Virus record (IMG/VR): IMGVR_UViG_3300037755_000177
Location: 1-53,148 of that record
Source of the DNA: a virus
Taxonomy: Duplodnaviria > Caudoviricetes
Direction: 5' to 3' (one strand)
DNA: 53,148 nucleotides
Under the pieces are notes generated by a model that searched no databases, was not told where the DNA came from, and saw nothing but the letters and a program-made list of their open reading frames with translations. The translations under genes and the position numbers were made by a program. This document shows positions 26,948 through 35,292 of this stretch, one piece after another; positions within the stretch are counted from its first letter, which is position 1, and each line of letters opens with the position of its first letter.

Positions 26948-27487
26948 ATGGCAAAAGCCGGTAGAAAGCGAAAGCAGGAAGATCGGGCCTGCAACGATGA
27001 TGTTTGCACCATCATGGTTGACGATCCCGGAGAGCTTATCGGCGGTGATCGGGTCTATCCCAATCCCGGCCAGAAGGTTGTGGCGCTTAAATCCCTACGA
27101 GACGACCCGCTTGGCAGGCTTCACCATCACAGGCAAATAGACGACGCCAAGTACCAAGCTGGTCGCACCATGCAGGGATTCTATGAGAGGGCTGAGATCG
27201 GCGGCTTGAAGGCCATGGACACAACGAAGGAGCCTGTGGATGGTGGTGGATTAGGCCCCGAGGCCATGAAGGACACGCAATTCAGGGCTATCAAGGAGAT
27301 TATTCGATTGGAGAAATCCCTTGGCATGGAGGGCGCGGCCTTAACGAGGCAGGTTCTGGCGAACCGAATGTTTATCGACCAGATCGCGGAGCAGCGCGGC
27401 ATGTGCGATCAGTTGGGCAAGAAGTATCTCGGGAGGCGGTTTCGGGAATGTCTGGAAACATTGGCGAAGGAGTTGCATTATGCCTGA
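26948..27487 (+). CDS. Late-gene regulator (Q-like position)
   Basis: 'DDPLGRL....ID...Y.AG...LETLA' family typical of alphaproteobacterial prophages; precedes the late operon. Confidence 0.5.
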   Translation: MAKAGRKRKQEDRACNDDVCTIMVDDPGELIGGDRVYPNPGQKVVALKSLRDDPLGRLHHHRQIDDAKYQAGRTMQGFYERAEIGGLKAMDTTKEPVDGGGLGPEAMKDTQFRAIKEIIRLEKSLGMEGAALTRQVLANRMFIDQIAEQRGMCDQLGKKYLGRRFRECLETLAKELHYA

Positions 27488-27710
27488 TTGGCAGCCGATT
27501 GAAAGCGCGCCGAGGGATGGGACGCGCATCCTTGTGTGGGGGAAAATTTTTCCAGAACACGCGGTTGCCTGTTGGCGGCCTAAAGGTGTTTTGATGGAGG
27601 GCTGGGAAAGTCACCCATATAGCGAGTGTGACATTGTTTCTCCAACCCACTGGATGCCACTACCCGACCCACCACATCTTGACACGGTACAGCAAGAGGG
27701 CCACAAATAG
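27480..27710 (+). CDS. DUF551-family protein
   Basis: 'WQPIESAPRDGT...PTHWMPLPDPP'. Confidence 0.8.
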   Translation: MPDWQPIESAPRDGTRILVWGKIFPEHAVACWRPKGVLMEGWESHPYSECDIVSPTHWMPLPDPPHLDTVQQEGHK

Positions 27711-27788
27711 GCATCCTCGCAAGTGATTTGGTCTTACCCGCCCCGGAAGGGGAAAAGGATTCGAGATGGACGATCAACAACGCCACGG

Positions 27789-27862
27789 CCCCGCTTCGTT
27801 CAACGGCAGGACACCTGATTTTGAATCAGGAGATCGTGGTTCGAATCCATGCGCGGGAGCCA
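27789..27862 (+). tRNA. tRNA-Gln(UUG) with encoded CCA; imperfect acceptor stem
   Basis: GTTC/GGAC D stem, CCTGA-TTTTGAA-TCAGG anticodon arm, CGTGG-TTCGAAT-CCATG T arm, G73-CCA. Confidence 0.85.
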
Positions 27863-28111
27863 ACGCTCGCTAGACAAGTTTTCAGAGATTCCGCAGAGGG
27901 GGCAGAGGCGTCTCACACTGCTGAGTATGCGGACAAACGCCGGAATCTGGTTTGGCTTTGGGCTATCTTACCCCGGCGCGCGTCATTGGTGAGCGGGTTT
28001 AGGCTTCGGCCTAAGCGAGACACCCGTATATCGGTGCCGTGACTTCGGTTGCCCCGAATTAAAAGACAGAACTGTTCCCCGCCCCGGAAGGGTGCGGGAA
28101 GGATTCGTGCG

Positions 28112-28255
28112 ATGAGCTGGCTAATCATTCCGGTGCCGCTATTCGGCCAGATCAATTTAAAATGGTCGCGCGATTCCCTGTTCTCTGAACGAAATGGATT
28201 TGTGCCGACTTTCTCAATCTTCGGCGTGCGCGTTACTTGGCGTTCCAAACGCTAA
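28112..28255 (+). CDS. Small hypothetical protein
   Basis: AAGGA RBS; 'LFSERNG' pattern. Confidence 0.4.
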   Translation: MSWLIIPVPLFGQINLKWSRDSLFSERNGFVPTFSIFGVRVTWRSKR

Positions 28256-28291
28256 TACGTGCGCCTCATAAGGGCGTAGAGAGGATTCGCC

Positions 28292-28519
28292 GTGAAGGTT
28301 ATCCGCGCATATGGCGGCAAGGTATTTCTGTCGTGCTATGGCGGCGGCTGGGGGTTTGAGTACCAGCGCAATCGTGTTTTCAATCCGCCTCGCCGCACAG
28401 CCTTAACAACGGCAGACGGAAAAGCCATTTACAATTTCAGGGACGGCCAGCACGGCTATGGAACGGCTGAGACATTGCGTGAAGCGCGCCGTCATGGCGT
28501 GAACGCATTGAAAAACTAG
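28292..28519 (+). CDS. Hypothetical protein flanked by 13-bp direct repeats
   Basis: GTAGAGAGGATTC at 28276 and 28528. Confidence 0.5.
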   Translation: MKVIRAYGGKVFLSCYGGGWGFEYQRNRVFNPPRRTALTTADGKAIYNFRDGQHGYGTAETLREARRHGVNALKN

Positions 28520-28548
28520 ATCGTTTTGTAGAGAGGATTCATTGGACT

Positions 28549-28779
28549 ATGCCCACTTCAACTCGTGATAGCGCCATCAGTACTCGGGCCGGAGAGCAAG
28601 GTGCTGTTCCGCGTTGTCGTGACTTCGACGAAGATTGCGCGGACATTGGCGACGGAAACGGCTTCGACTCGCATTTAGATTGCTGGCTGTACGATCCAGC
28701 GAAAGGCCACTGCCCGTTTCTTCGCGCCGTAAGCGCCGATTGGATTTGGCCTTCCCACCCCCCATCATCGAGACGATAG
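28549..28779 (+). CDS. Small Cys-containing protein; N-terminus encoded by a GGACTA element
   Basis: DSAIST..GEQGA shared with the 26294 protein. Confidence 0.45.
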   Translation: MPTSTRDSAISTRAGEQGAVPRCRDFDEDCADIGDGNGFDSHLDCWLYDPAKGHCPFLRAVSADWIWPSHPPSSRR

Positions 28780-28788
28780 GGCTTAGAC

Positions 28789-28989
28789 ATGGCAAAGCCA
28801 ATTGGTGGAGAAATGCTTTCATACGAAAGGCGAACTCTGACTGCCCGTGAACTCAAGCAGGAATTTGGTATTCCTAGTCCACCTGAAAGCGATTGGGTTT
28901 TCCCGAAGTGCGGGAAGGACATGACGCCTCGGCCTGGGGCTGTTCTGACTTGTGATGCTGATAAATGTGTGTTTTGGCGGATGACGTGA
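28789..28989 (+). CDS. Small Cys-containing protein
   Basis: TGATG coupling to terS. Confidence 0.45.
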   Translation: MAKPIGGEMLSYERRTLTARELKQEFGIPSPPESDWVFPKCGKDMTPRPGAVLTCDADKCVFWRMT

Positions 28990-29504
28990 TGGCTGCTCCT
29001 AAAGGAAATCAGTTCTGGAAAGCCAGAAGTTCGCACGGTCGAAATCCCATATTCGATACACCCGAGAGGCTCTGGGAATCCTGTTGCGAGTATTTCGATT
29101 GGGTCGAGCAAAACCCACTTCTGGAGGATAAGGCGTTTGCCTATCAGGGCTCAGTAACTCATGAGCCGATTTCCAAGATGAGGGCAATGACTATCGCGGG
29201 GCTCTGTATCTTCCTCGACATCAGCCAGCAAGCCTGGGGCGAGTACAGGACGCGCGAAGGTTTTGGTGAAGTCACTAGCCGCGTGGACAGTATTATCCGA
29301 ACGCAGAAGTTCGCCGGGGCAGCGGCTGATCTACTCAACCCAAATATCATTGCTCGCGATCTTGGGCTTGTCGAGCGTAACGAACTAACCGGCAAGGACG
29401 GCGGGCCGATTGAGACTGTCGCATTGAACGACACCGAAGCCGCACGGGAAGTTTCGTTCCTGCTGGCCCGCGCCGTCAAGCAAAAGCAAGAGACTGCACA
29501 TTGA
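28989..29504 (+). CDS. terS: Terminase small subunit (P22 gp3-like)
   Basis: [22 protein letters not shown]...[22 protein letters not shown]. Confidence 0.92.
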   Translation: MAAPKGNQFWKARSSHGRNPIFDTPERLWESCCEYFDWVEQNPLLEDKAFAYQGSVTHEPISKMRAMTIAGLCIFLDISQQAWGEYRTREGFGEVTSRVDSIIRTQKFAGAAADLLNPNIIARDLGLVERNELTGKDGGPIETVALNDTEAAREVSFLLARAVKQKQETAH

Positions 29505-30340
29505 TAGACGGCCAATCGATCCTCATAACGGGGGGGTCGGGAAGTTTCGGAAGCGCCTTTGTCCGCCACCTGCTGAAAGAACACAGTCCAAAGCGCGTTA
29601 TCGTGTTCTCGCGGGACGAGCACAAGCAAGCCCGGATGGGCGAAGAAATACAGGACAGCAGGCTCCGGCTATTTATCGGAGACGTGCGGGACCGCGACAG
29701 GTTGCGCAGGGCGTTCGAGGATGTCGAGATTGTTGTCCACGCGGCTGCACTGAAGCGGATCGAGGTCGGGGCCTATAATCCAGGAGAGATGGTCAAGACC
29801 AATATTCTCGGGGCGGTGAACGTGATTGAAGCATCTCAGGATGCGGGTGTTCATAGGGTGGTCGCGCTCTCGACCGACAAGGCATACCAGCCGGTAAGTC
29901 CTTATGGACAGACCAAGGCATTGGCAGAAAGCCTGTTCCTGAACGCCAACAATACGCGAGGCAAAACCGGGCCGATATTCTCGGTCACTCGCTATGGCAA
30001 TGTAGCCGGGTCCGCCGGTTCGGTCATTCCGAAATGGCGCGGGATGAACGGTGTGGTGCCGGTGACCGATCCTGAATGCACGCGGTTCTGGATGACGATG
30101 GATGAGGCGGTCGCTCTGGTGGTTCGGACTATCGAGACGATGCGCGGGGGTGAATTGAATATCCCCGAGTTGCCAGCTTATCGGCTGGCCGATTTGGCTG
30201 AGGCGATGCGCGCCAGAATGAATGTTATTGGATTGCCAGATTATGAAAAGCTGCATGAGAGCATGGCGGACGGTAATTCGAGCAACACGGCACGGCGCAT
30301 GAACGTTGATGAATTGCGAGAGGCGCTGGTTACGGTATGA
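29501..30340 (+). CDS. UDP-GlcNAc 4,6-dehydratase (PseB/FlaA1/FnlA-like)
   Basis: [45 protein letters not shown]. Confidence 0.9.
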   Translation: MIDGQSILITGGSGSFGSAFVRHLLKEHSPKRVIVFSRDEHKQARMGEEIQDSRLRLFIGDVRDRDRLRRAFEDVEIVVHAAALKRIEVGAYNPGEMVKTNILGAVNVIEASQDAGVHRVVALSTDKAYQPVSPYGQTKALAESLFLNANNTRGKTGPIFSVTRYGNVAGSAGSVIPKWRGMNGVVPVTDPECTRFWMTMDEAVALVVRTIETMRGGELNIPELPAYRLADLAEAMRARMNVIGLPDYEKLHESMADGNSSNTARRMNVDELREALVTV

Positions 30341-31113
30341 GTTTTGCCGACAGGGGCTTCACCCATATCAAGCGCTTCTTCGATCTGGGCGACCTGACTG
30401 AATTCGAGCAATCGGTCACAAGGCTCTATTCGCTCCAGGCCCACAAGATAGCCGACTACGGCGATTTGCCGGACGATCTACCGGCGATCTGCGAGGCGAT
30501 GGAAGGCAAGGACAAGGAAGCGCTCTATCAGGTTCAGAAGATGTTGCCGCGTTCCCCGAGGGTGCGGGATTTGTTCGGCAGCCAATTCAGGCAGACATGC
30601 GCGGGCTTGCTTCGTTGTAATGAGGCACGCTTGTTGATCGATGGGCCGGGCCTGCTTATCAATCGTCCGAACACGACACGGCTGCTTTATAAATGGCATA
30701 GCGAAGCGCACTACTATCCCAAGCGCAGACGCTTCCTGAACATCTGGTTTCCGGTCTTTGCCGACAAGACCAAGGACAATGGGGTTATGAGCGTGAAGCT
30801 CGGGAGCCATAAGCGCGACTGGCCGTTTGCGGAATATAGCGAAGGCCAGAACGCTTTTCGTCAATTCGAGGTCCCGGAGAATTTCGTGACTGAATTCCCT
30901 GAGCATGTTTGCGAGAGCAAGCGCGGGGACTTGATTATCTTTGATCGCAATTTGATTCATCGTTCCAATCCGAACACATCGGACGGCTATAGCTTCGCGT
31001 GCGTTACGCGGGTGTGGACGCCTGAGGATGATCTGACATTGAGCGGGGATTTTGATGTTCAGCCTTATGTTGGGCGCGATTGCGGGCGGGCTAATCTGGT
31101 GGTGAAGCCGTGA
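30337..31113 (+). CDS. PhyH-family Fe(II)/2OG dioxygenase
   Basis: 'WHSE..Y', 'NIWFP', 'GSH', 'GD.IIF...LIHRS..N'. Confidence 0.8.
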   Translation: MSFADRGFTHIKRFFDLGDLTEFEQSVTRLYSLQAHKIADYGDLPDDLPAICEAMEGKDKEALYQVQKMLPRSPRVRDLFGSQFRQTCAGLLRCNEARLLIDGPGLLINRPNTTRLLYKWHSEAHYYPKRRRFLNIWFPVFADKTKDNGVMSVKLGSHKRDWPFAEYSEGQNAFRQFEVPENFVTEFPEHVCESKRGDLIIFDRNLIHRSNPNTSDGYSFACVTRVWTPEDDLTLSGDFDVQPYVGRDCGRANLVVKP

Positions 31114-31316
31114 GAAAGCTAGGACGAAGGCAATTCAATCTCCGTATTCATGGTGATCTTAGGAATAGGCTGAAGAAAGCCGCCAAAGAAAACGGCGTTT
31201 CAATAAATGCAGAGACGACAAAGCGGTTGGAGCTTTCATTTGAGCCGGAAAGCGAAAGGCTTGGGCGCATCGCTGACATGGTGGCTGAGCGTATCGTTGG
31301 TAGGCTAGGTGGTTAA
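31110..31316 (+). CDS. Arc-family ribbon-helix-helix protein
   Basis: 'QFNLRI...LR..LK.AAKENG.SINAE...RLE.SF'. Confidence 0.85.
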   Translation: MRKLGRRQFNLRIHGDLRNRLKKAAKENGVSINAETTKRLELSFEPESERLGRIADMVAERIVGRLGG

Positions 31317-31319
31317 GCC

Positions 31320-31598
31320 GTGAGGAAAAAGCGAACGCCGGGGCAGGTAGCAATTACCGCAAAGCCTGAGCGAGCCAAGCCTAACCAATATACACAATGG
31401 CTTACACCTACAGACGAATCCAACCATCCGATTGGATGTTGCGACTGCGGTCTTATCCACGTTTTCCAATTTGGAAGGCTGCCTGATGGGCGGCTGGCCT
31501 ACAGAGCGAAGCGCGCAGTAGCCTTAACCAAGGCGAGGCGTAAGCACATGCAGCGGAAGCACCCTCCATGGCTGGAATATACGCACTCGTGGCGGTAG
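31320..31598 (+). CDS. Small CCDCGL.H protein
   Basis: Zn-ribbon-like motif. Confidence 0.55.
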   Translation: MRKKRTPGQVAITAKPERAKPNQYTQWLTPTDESNHPIGCCDCGLIHVFQFGRLPDGRLAYRAKRAVALTKARRKHMQRKHPPWLEYTHSWR

Positions 31599-31599
31599 C

Positions 31600-32295
31600 G
31601 TGGTTCGGAACATTTGTTTGCATATTCTTGGTGGCGCGCCAAGTCGGCGTGGCGCTTCAGTGAGAACCACCGCCGAGATTGAACAGTCCTACGACCTTCA
31701 AGCCGGAACCTACGTAGCTGCATTAGCCAATCAGACCTATGCCGATCAAAAGACCGAAATAGGCAAGAAGCTGGCCAGCGTCATTGAGCAATACGAGCCG
31801 GTCAATCTATTGGACGCAGGCACAGGCGAGGCGACAACGCTTGTACCGCTTCTGCTGGCAATGAAGGTCAAACCCAGACGGGTTCTAGGATTCGACATAT
31901 CGCTTCCAAGGCTCGACATCGCCCGCAAGCACATGCGGGACAATGGCCTGACTGGAATGTTTATTCAGTCGCCATTGGATGCAATCCCGTTGGGTAGCAA
32001 GTCGTTCGACGTGGTTACGACCTATCACGCGATAGAACCGAATCGTGGACGCGAGATGGAAATACTGACGGAGTTATTGCGGGTGACGCGCAAGGCTCTT
32101 GTCATGGTGGAGCCGTCTTATGAAATTGCACATAAGAGTGCTCGCGCTCGGATGGATAGTCTTTGCTATGTGCGTGGTTTGCCTAGCGTGGTTTCAGGCC
32201 TTGGCTACGAGGCTAAGTGCGAGGCTTGGGGCTTGGATGCGAACCCGGAGAACCCGGCGGCTTTGATCGTGGTGGAGAAGAATTCTGGCGTCTGA
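31600..32295 (+). CDS. Class I SAM-dependent methyltransferase
   Basis: LLDAGTGEATTL, GFDIS..RL, 'IPL...SFDVV.TYHAIEPN.GRE'; start may be GTG 31660. Confidence 0.85.
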   Translation: MVRNICLHILGGAPSRRGASVRTTAEIEQSYDLQAGTYVAALANQTYADQKTEIGKKLASVIEQYEPVNLLDAGTGEATTLVPLLLAMKVKPRRVLGFDISLPRLDIARKHMRDNGLTGMFIQSPLDAIPLGSKSFDVVTTYHAIEPNRGREMEILTELLRVTRKALVMVEPSYEIAHKSARARMDSLCYVRGLPSVVSGLGYEAKCEAWGLDANPENPAALIVVEKNSGV

Positions 32296-32427
32296 TGGAA
32301 ATGCTTAATCAGCGCCTCGGTTGGAAGGTTCATTACGCACCCTAGCTCAACGTCTGTGATGGACGTTGGTCAGCAACGGGGGGTTGGTTGCCTAGGCTAA
32401 ACCCTTAAACGGAGCCAACCACGCCAG

Positions 32428-33129
32428 ATGCTCAAAACCCGCATAATCCCCGTCATCTTCCTGATGGACGGGCGGATCGTCAGAAGTGAGCGGTGCAAAG
32501 AATTCAAGGTAATCGGCAATCCGTTCGACGAGCTGGCTCGTTACGACGAATGGCAGGCCGACGAGGTTTGCTACATCGACATAACGAGGAACGGCCCCGG
32601 TATCGGGGATGAATTGCTCAGGGCGATTGCAGACCGTGCATTCATGCCGCTCACCGTGGGCGGGAATGTCAGGACATTGGACGACGCGGCTAGATTAATC
32701 AGGAACGGTGCGGACAAGGTATTGATCGGCAGGGGTGCGAAAATGCCCGGCCTGATCGAGAGCATCGTGGGCAAGTTCGGCTCACAGGCGGTTGTGGTTT
32801 CCATAGATGACGGCTCGCAGGAAAGCGCTCAACAAGCGGAGAGTCGTGGGGCGGGGGAAATCTTCCTTCATTTCACCGAACGAGATGGAAGCGGTCTTGG
32901 CTATGACTGCGATGCGATTCGATCCGTTACGAAGGCAGTGGGTATTCCCGTCATCGCCTCTGGTGGTGTCGGAGAACTACGTCATTTTGCAGATGGATTG
33001 CGCTCTGGCGCGGATGCAGTAGCTGCCGGAAACTTCTTTCACTTCACGGAGAACGCCTACCGACGCGCCAAGCAATATCTAATCAAAGAGGGGTTTAGAA
33101 TCCGGTATCCGTATGCACGCGCCGCTTGA
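32428..33129 (+). CDS. HisF-like TIM barrel (WbuZ-type, glycan-associated)
   Basis: MLKTRIIP, ADE...IDI, PLTVGG, GADKV, FGSQAVVVSID, RDGSG.GYD, IPVIASGG. Confidence 0.88.
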   Translation: MLKTRIIPVIFLMDGRIVRSERCKEFKVIGNPFDELARYDEWQADEVCYIDITRNGPGIGDELLRAIADRAFMPLTVGGNVRTLDDAARLIRNGADKVLIGRGAKMPGLIESIVGKFGSQAVVVSIDDGSQESAQQAESRGAGEIFLHFTERDGSGLGYDCDAIRSVTKAVGIPVIASGGVGELRHFADGLRSGADAVAAGNFFHFTENAYRRAKQYLIKEGFRIRYPYARAA

Positions 33130-34264
33130 AGCCCGCGTTCACCCTCCGGTGATGCAGTATTGCACAAGATGCTGCTACCCGATGATCGCGGCGGCACCTG
33201 TCCATTTGGACGAGGAACAGGTCTGCTCCGGTTGCCGGACGAAAGACGAGCAGAAAAGCATCGACTGGCAATCCAGGAAGAAGCTGTTTCAGGCATTGTG
33301 CGACGAATACCGCAGGCCGGACACTTACGATTGCTTGATCCCGGTAAGCGGAGGCAAGGATTCGTTCTGGCAGATTCACACCGTCAAGCAATACGGCATG
33401 AACCCACTACTCGTCACCTACAATGAGAACAACGAGACGGAGGTCGGCAAGCGCAATATCCAGCGGATGAAGGACAAGTTCGGCTGTGATTATTTCAATT
33501 TCACACCGAGCGTCCGCGTCCTGAAATCCATGAACCGTGTCGGCCTCAGGAAGATGGGCGATTGCGACATGCACGCTCATATGGGGATTAATTCAGTCCC
33601 GGTGCAACTCGCGGTCAAATACAAAATCCCGCTGGTCTTCTGGGGTGAGCATGGATTTATGGACTTGGGGGGCATGTATTCCTTCAAGGACATGATCGAA
33701 TACACCAACCGTTGCCGGAAAGAGCATTTGCTGCATGGTTGCGATTGGGAAGATTTTATTGGCGAGGAAGGGCTGACCGGGAAAGACCTGCAATGGGCGA
33801 AATACCCGAGCGACGATGAAATCGAGGAAGTCGGCGTTCGTGGAATTTATATCTCCAATTACTTCGGCTGGAACCAGAATAGTCAAGTCGAGGAAATGCG
33901 TTCCTTGTACGGGTTCGAGGTTAATCCATCACCGATGGACCGGACCTATAAACGGGATTCAAATTTGAACAATATGCACGATGGCGTGCACGACTATCTG
34001 AAATACATCAAGTTCGGTTATGGGCGCTGCACCGATCATGTGTGCCGGGATATTCGTGCCGGTAAGATGACGCGCGACCGTGGCATCGATTTAATCCGCC
34101 AGTACGATCATGTTGTCCCGAGCGATCTTGTGCGTTGGCTGGATTATGTCGGCTTGACCAGAACCGAGTTTGAGGAAACGGCGGATCAATTCCGCGACCC
34201 GCGCGTGTGGGCAAAGAACGGTGACGGGCAATGGACGAAAGATGCAATTTGGAATCACAATTGA
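33113..34264 (+). CDS. N-acetyl sugar amidotransferase (WbuX/PseA-like)
   Basis: CxxC...CxxC, PP-loop YDCLIPVSGGKDS, 'YLKYIKFGYGR'; start may be 33152. Confidence 0.88.
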   Translation: MHAPLEARVHPPVMQYCTRCCYPMIAAAPVHLDEEQVCSGCRTKDEQKSIDWQSRKKLFQALCDEYRRPDTYDCLIPVSGGKDSFWQIHTVKQYGMNPLLVTYNENNETEVGKRNIQRMKDKFGCDYFNFTPSVRVLKSMNRVGLRKMGDCDMHAHMGINSVPVQLAVKYKIPLVFWGEHGFMDLGGMYSFKDMIEYTNRCRKEHLLHGCDWEDFIGEEGLTGKDLQWAKYPSDDEIEEVGVRGIYISNYFGWNQNSQVEEMRSLYGFEVNPSPMDRTYKRDSNLNNMHDGVHDYLKYIKFGYGRCTDHVCRDIRAGKMTRDRGIDLIRQYDHVVPSDLVRWLDYVGLTRTEFEETADQFRDPRVWAKNGDGQWTKDAIWNHN

Positions 34265-34361
34265 CCGCGCGAGTGGTGAAATTCGTCGTGAGCGGTTCCA
34301 AAGGAGCCGCAGGGCATGGGTCGTTTATCGTGAAGACTGACGGCCCCAAGGAGAAAAAATA

Positions 34362-34748
34362 ATGGCTATCGTCTATCCGACTCAACAGGTCCCAAGCCTG
34401 AAGCAGTCAGTATCGCTTGCAATATCCACGGCGGCGGACGGGCTTGGCGACGTGCTCGACACCAAGGGCCTGACCCTTACGGGGGTTGCACTCTCGTCCG
34501 TTTGGACGAGCGCGTATCTCTCGTTCAAGGTCGGCAATTCCACAGCGGCAATGTACACCCTGATGAATTCGACAAACTCGCAATTCATCGTCACCGCCAC
34601 GTCAAGCCAGGTTCATTACATCAGCCCGGATATATTCGCGGGCTTTCAGTACATCCAGCCGGTTTCGGACGGTTCGACCGGAGCGGTGGCACAAACCACG
34701 GCCACGTCGCTTACGGCGTTCCTCGCTCCGATCCATACATTCCTATAA
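34362..34748 (+). CDS. Ser/Thr-rich probable virion protein
   Basis: AAGGAG RBS; beta-rich, S/T-rich. Confidence 0.55.
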   Translation: MAIVYPTQQVPSLKQSVSLAISTAADGLGDVLDTKGLTLTGVALSSVWTSAYLSFKVGNSTAAMYTLMNSTNSQFIVTATSSQVHYISPDIFAGFQYIQPVSDGSTGAVAQTTATSLTAFLAPIHTFL

Positions 34749-34845
34749 GCCGCACCGCGCGGGCGGTTTTGTAAGACAAACGCGCATGGCCATCCCGGCC
34801 CATCAATAAGCACGACTCAATAAGCAAAAACAGGGAACAACAACA

Positions 34846-35283
34846 ATGGCTTACCATTCCATCTATGGCCGTATGTTCGGGTATGACCCGGCAACCGGCG
34901 CAATCAAGGTTCACGATCCCGTCAACGATGCTCTGCTCGATACGAACATCGCGGGCTGGAGCGAGAATACGACTTTCACGACCACGACCGACACGCTGAA
35001 GGACTACGGCCTCAATCTGATCGCGGCAGCGAGCGCAGCGACCTACACGCTTCCAACGCCGAGCGGTTCGGGCCGCAGAGTTCGCATTGTCGCAAACAGC
35101 GCGTCAACCCAACAGACCGTCACGATCTCGTCCGCCAACGGCTCAATCACGAGCACGGCTGGCTCGTCGATGCTCAATATCCTGTTCACGGCGGCGGGTG
35201 CTGGTGTGGAATTGCAGGACATCAGCACGATCTGGCTCGTGATCAACCATCACGGCTCGTCCGCCGCAGTCATCTCATCGTAA
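34846..35283 (+). CDS. Ser/Thr-rich probable virion protein (fibre/decoration-like)
   Basis: 'TYTLPTP..G.R..I' beta-repeat pattern. Confidence 0.55.
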   Translation: MAYHSIYGRMFGYDPATGAIKVHDPVNDALLDTNIAGWSENTTFTTTTDTLKDYGLNLIAAASAATYTLPTPSGSGRRVRIVANSASTQQTVTISSANGSITSTAGSSMLNILFTAAGAGVELQDISTIWLVINHHGSSAAVISS

Positions 35284-35292
35284 CGAGGATCG

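Noticed and set aside
27884-27950. Hammerhead or HDV/theta ribozyme after tRNA-Gln
   Set aside because: No CUGANGA/GAAA core and no convincing HDV pseudoknot could be built by eye
28874-28880. CTAGTCC as partner end of the 28544 element
   Set aside because: Lies inside a gene and lacks both GCTGC and the GTACTGA-N26 spacing; probably a chance hexamer
32428-33129. Histidine-biosynthesis auxiliary gene
   Set aside because: Lacks the first catalytic Asp and sits beside a sugar amidotransferase
34268-34350. Novel ncRNA before ORF 34362
   Set aside because: Only short hairpins (GCGGTTCC-AAA-GGAGCCGC and others); not distinguishable from a generic mRNA stabiliser
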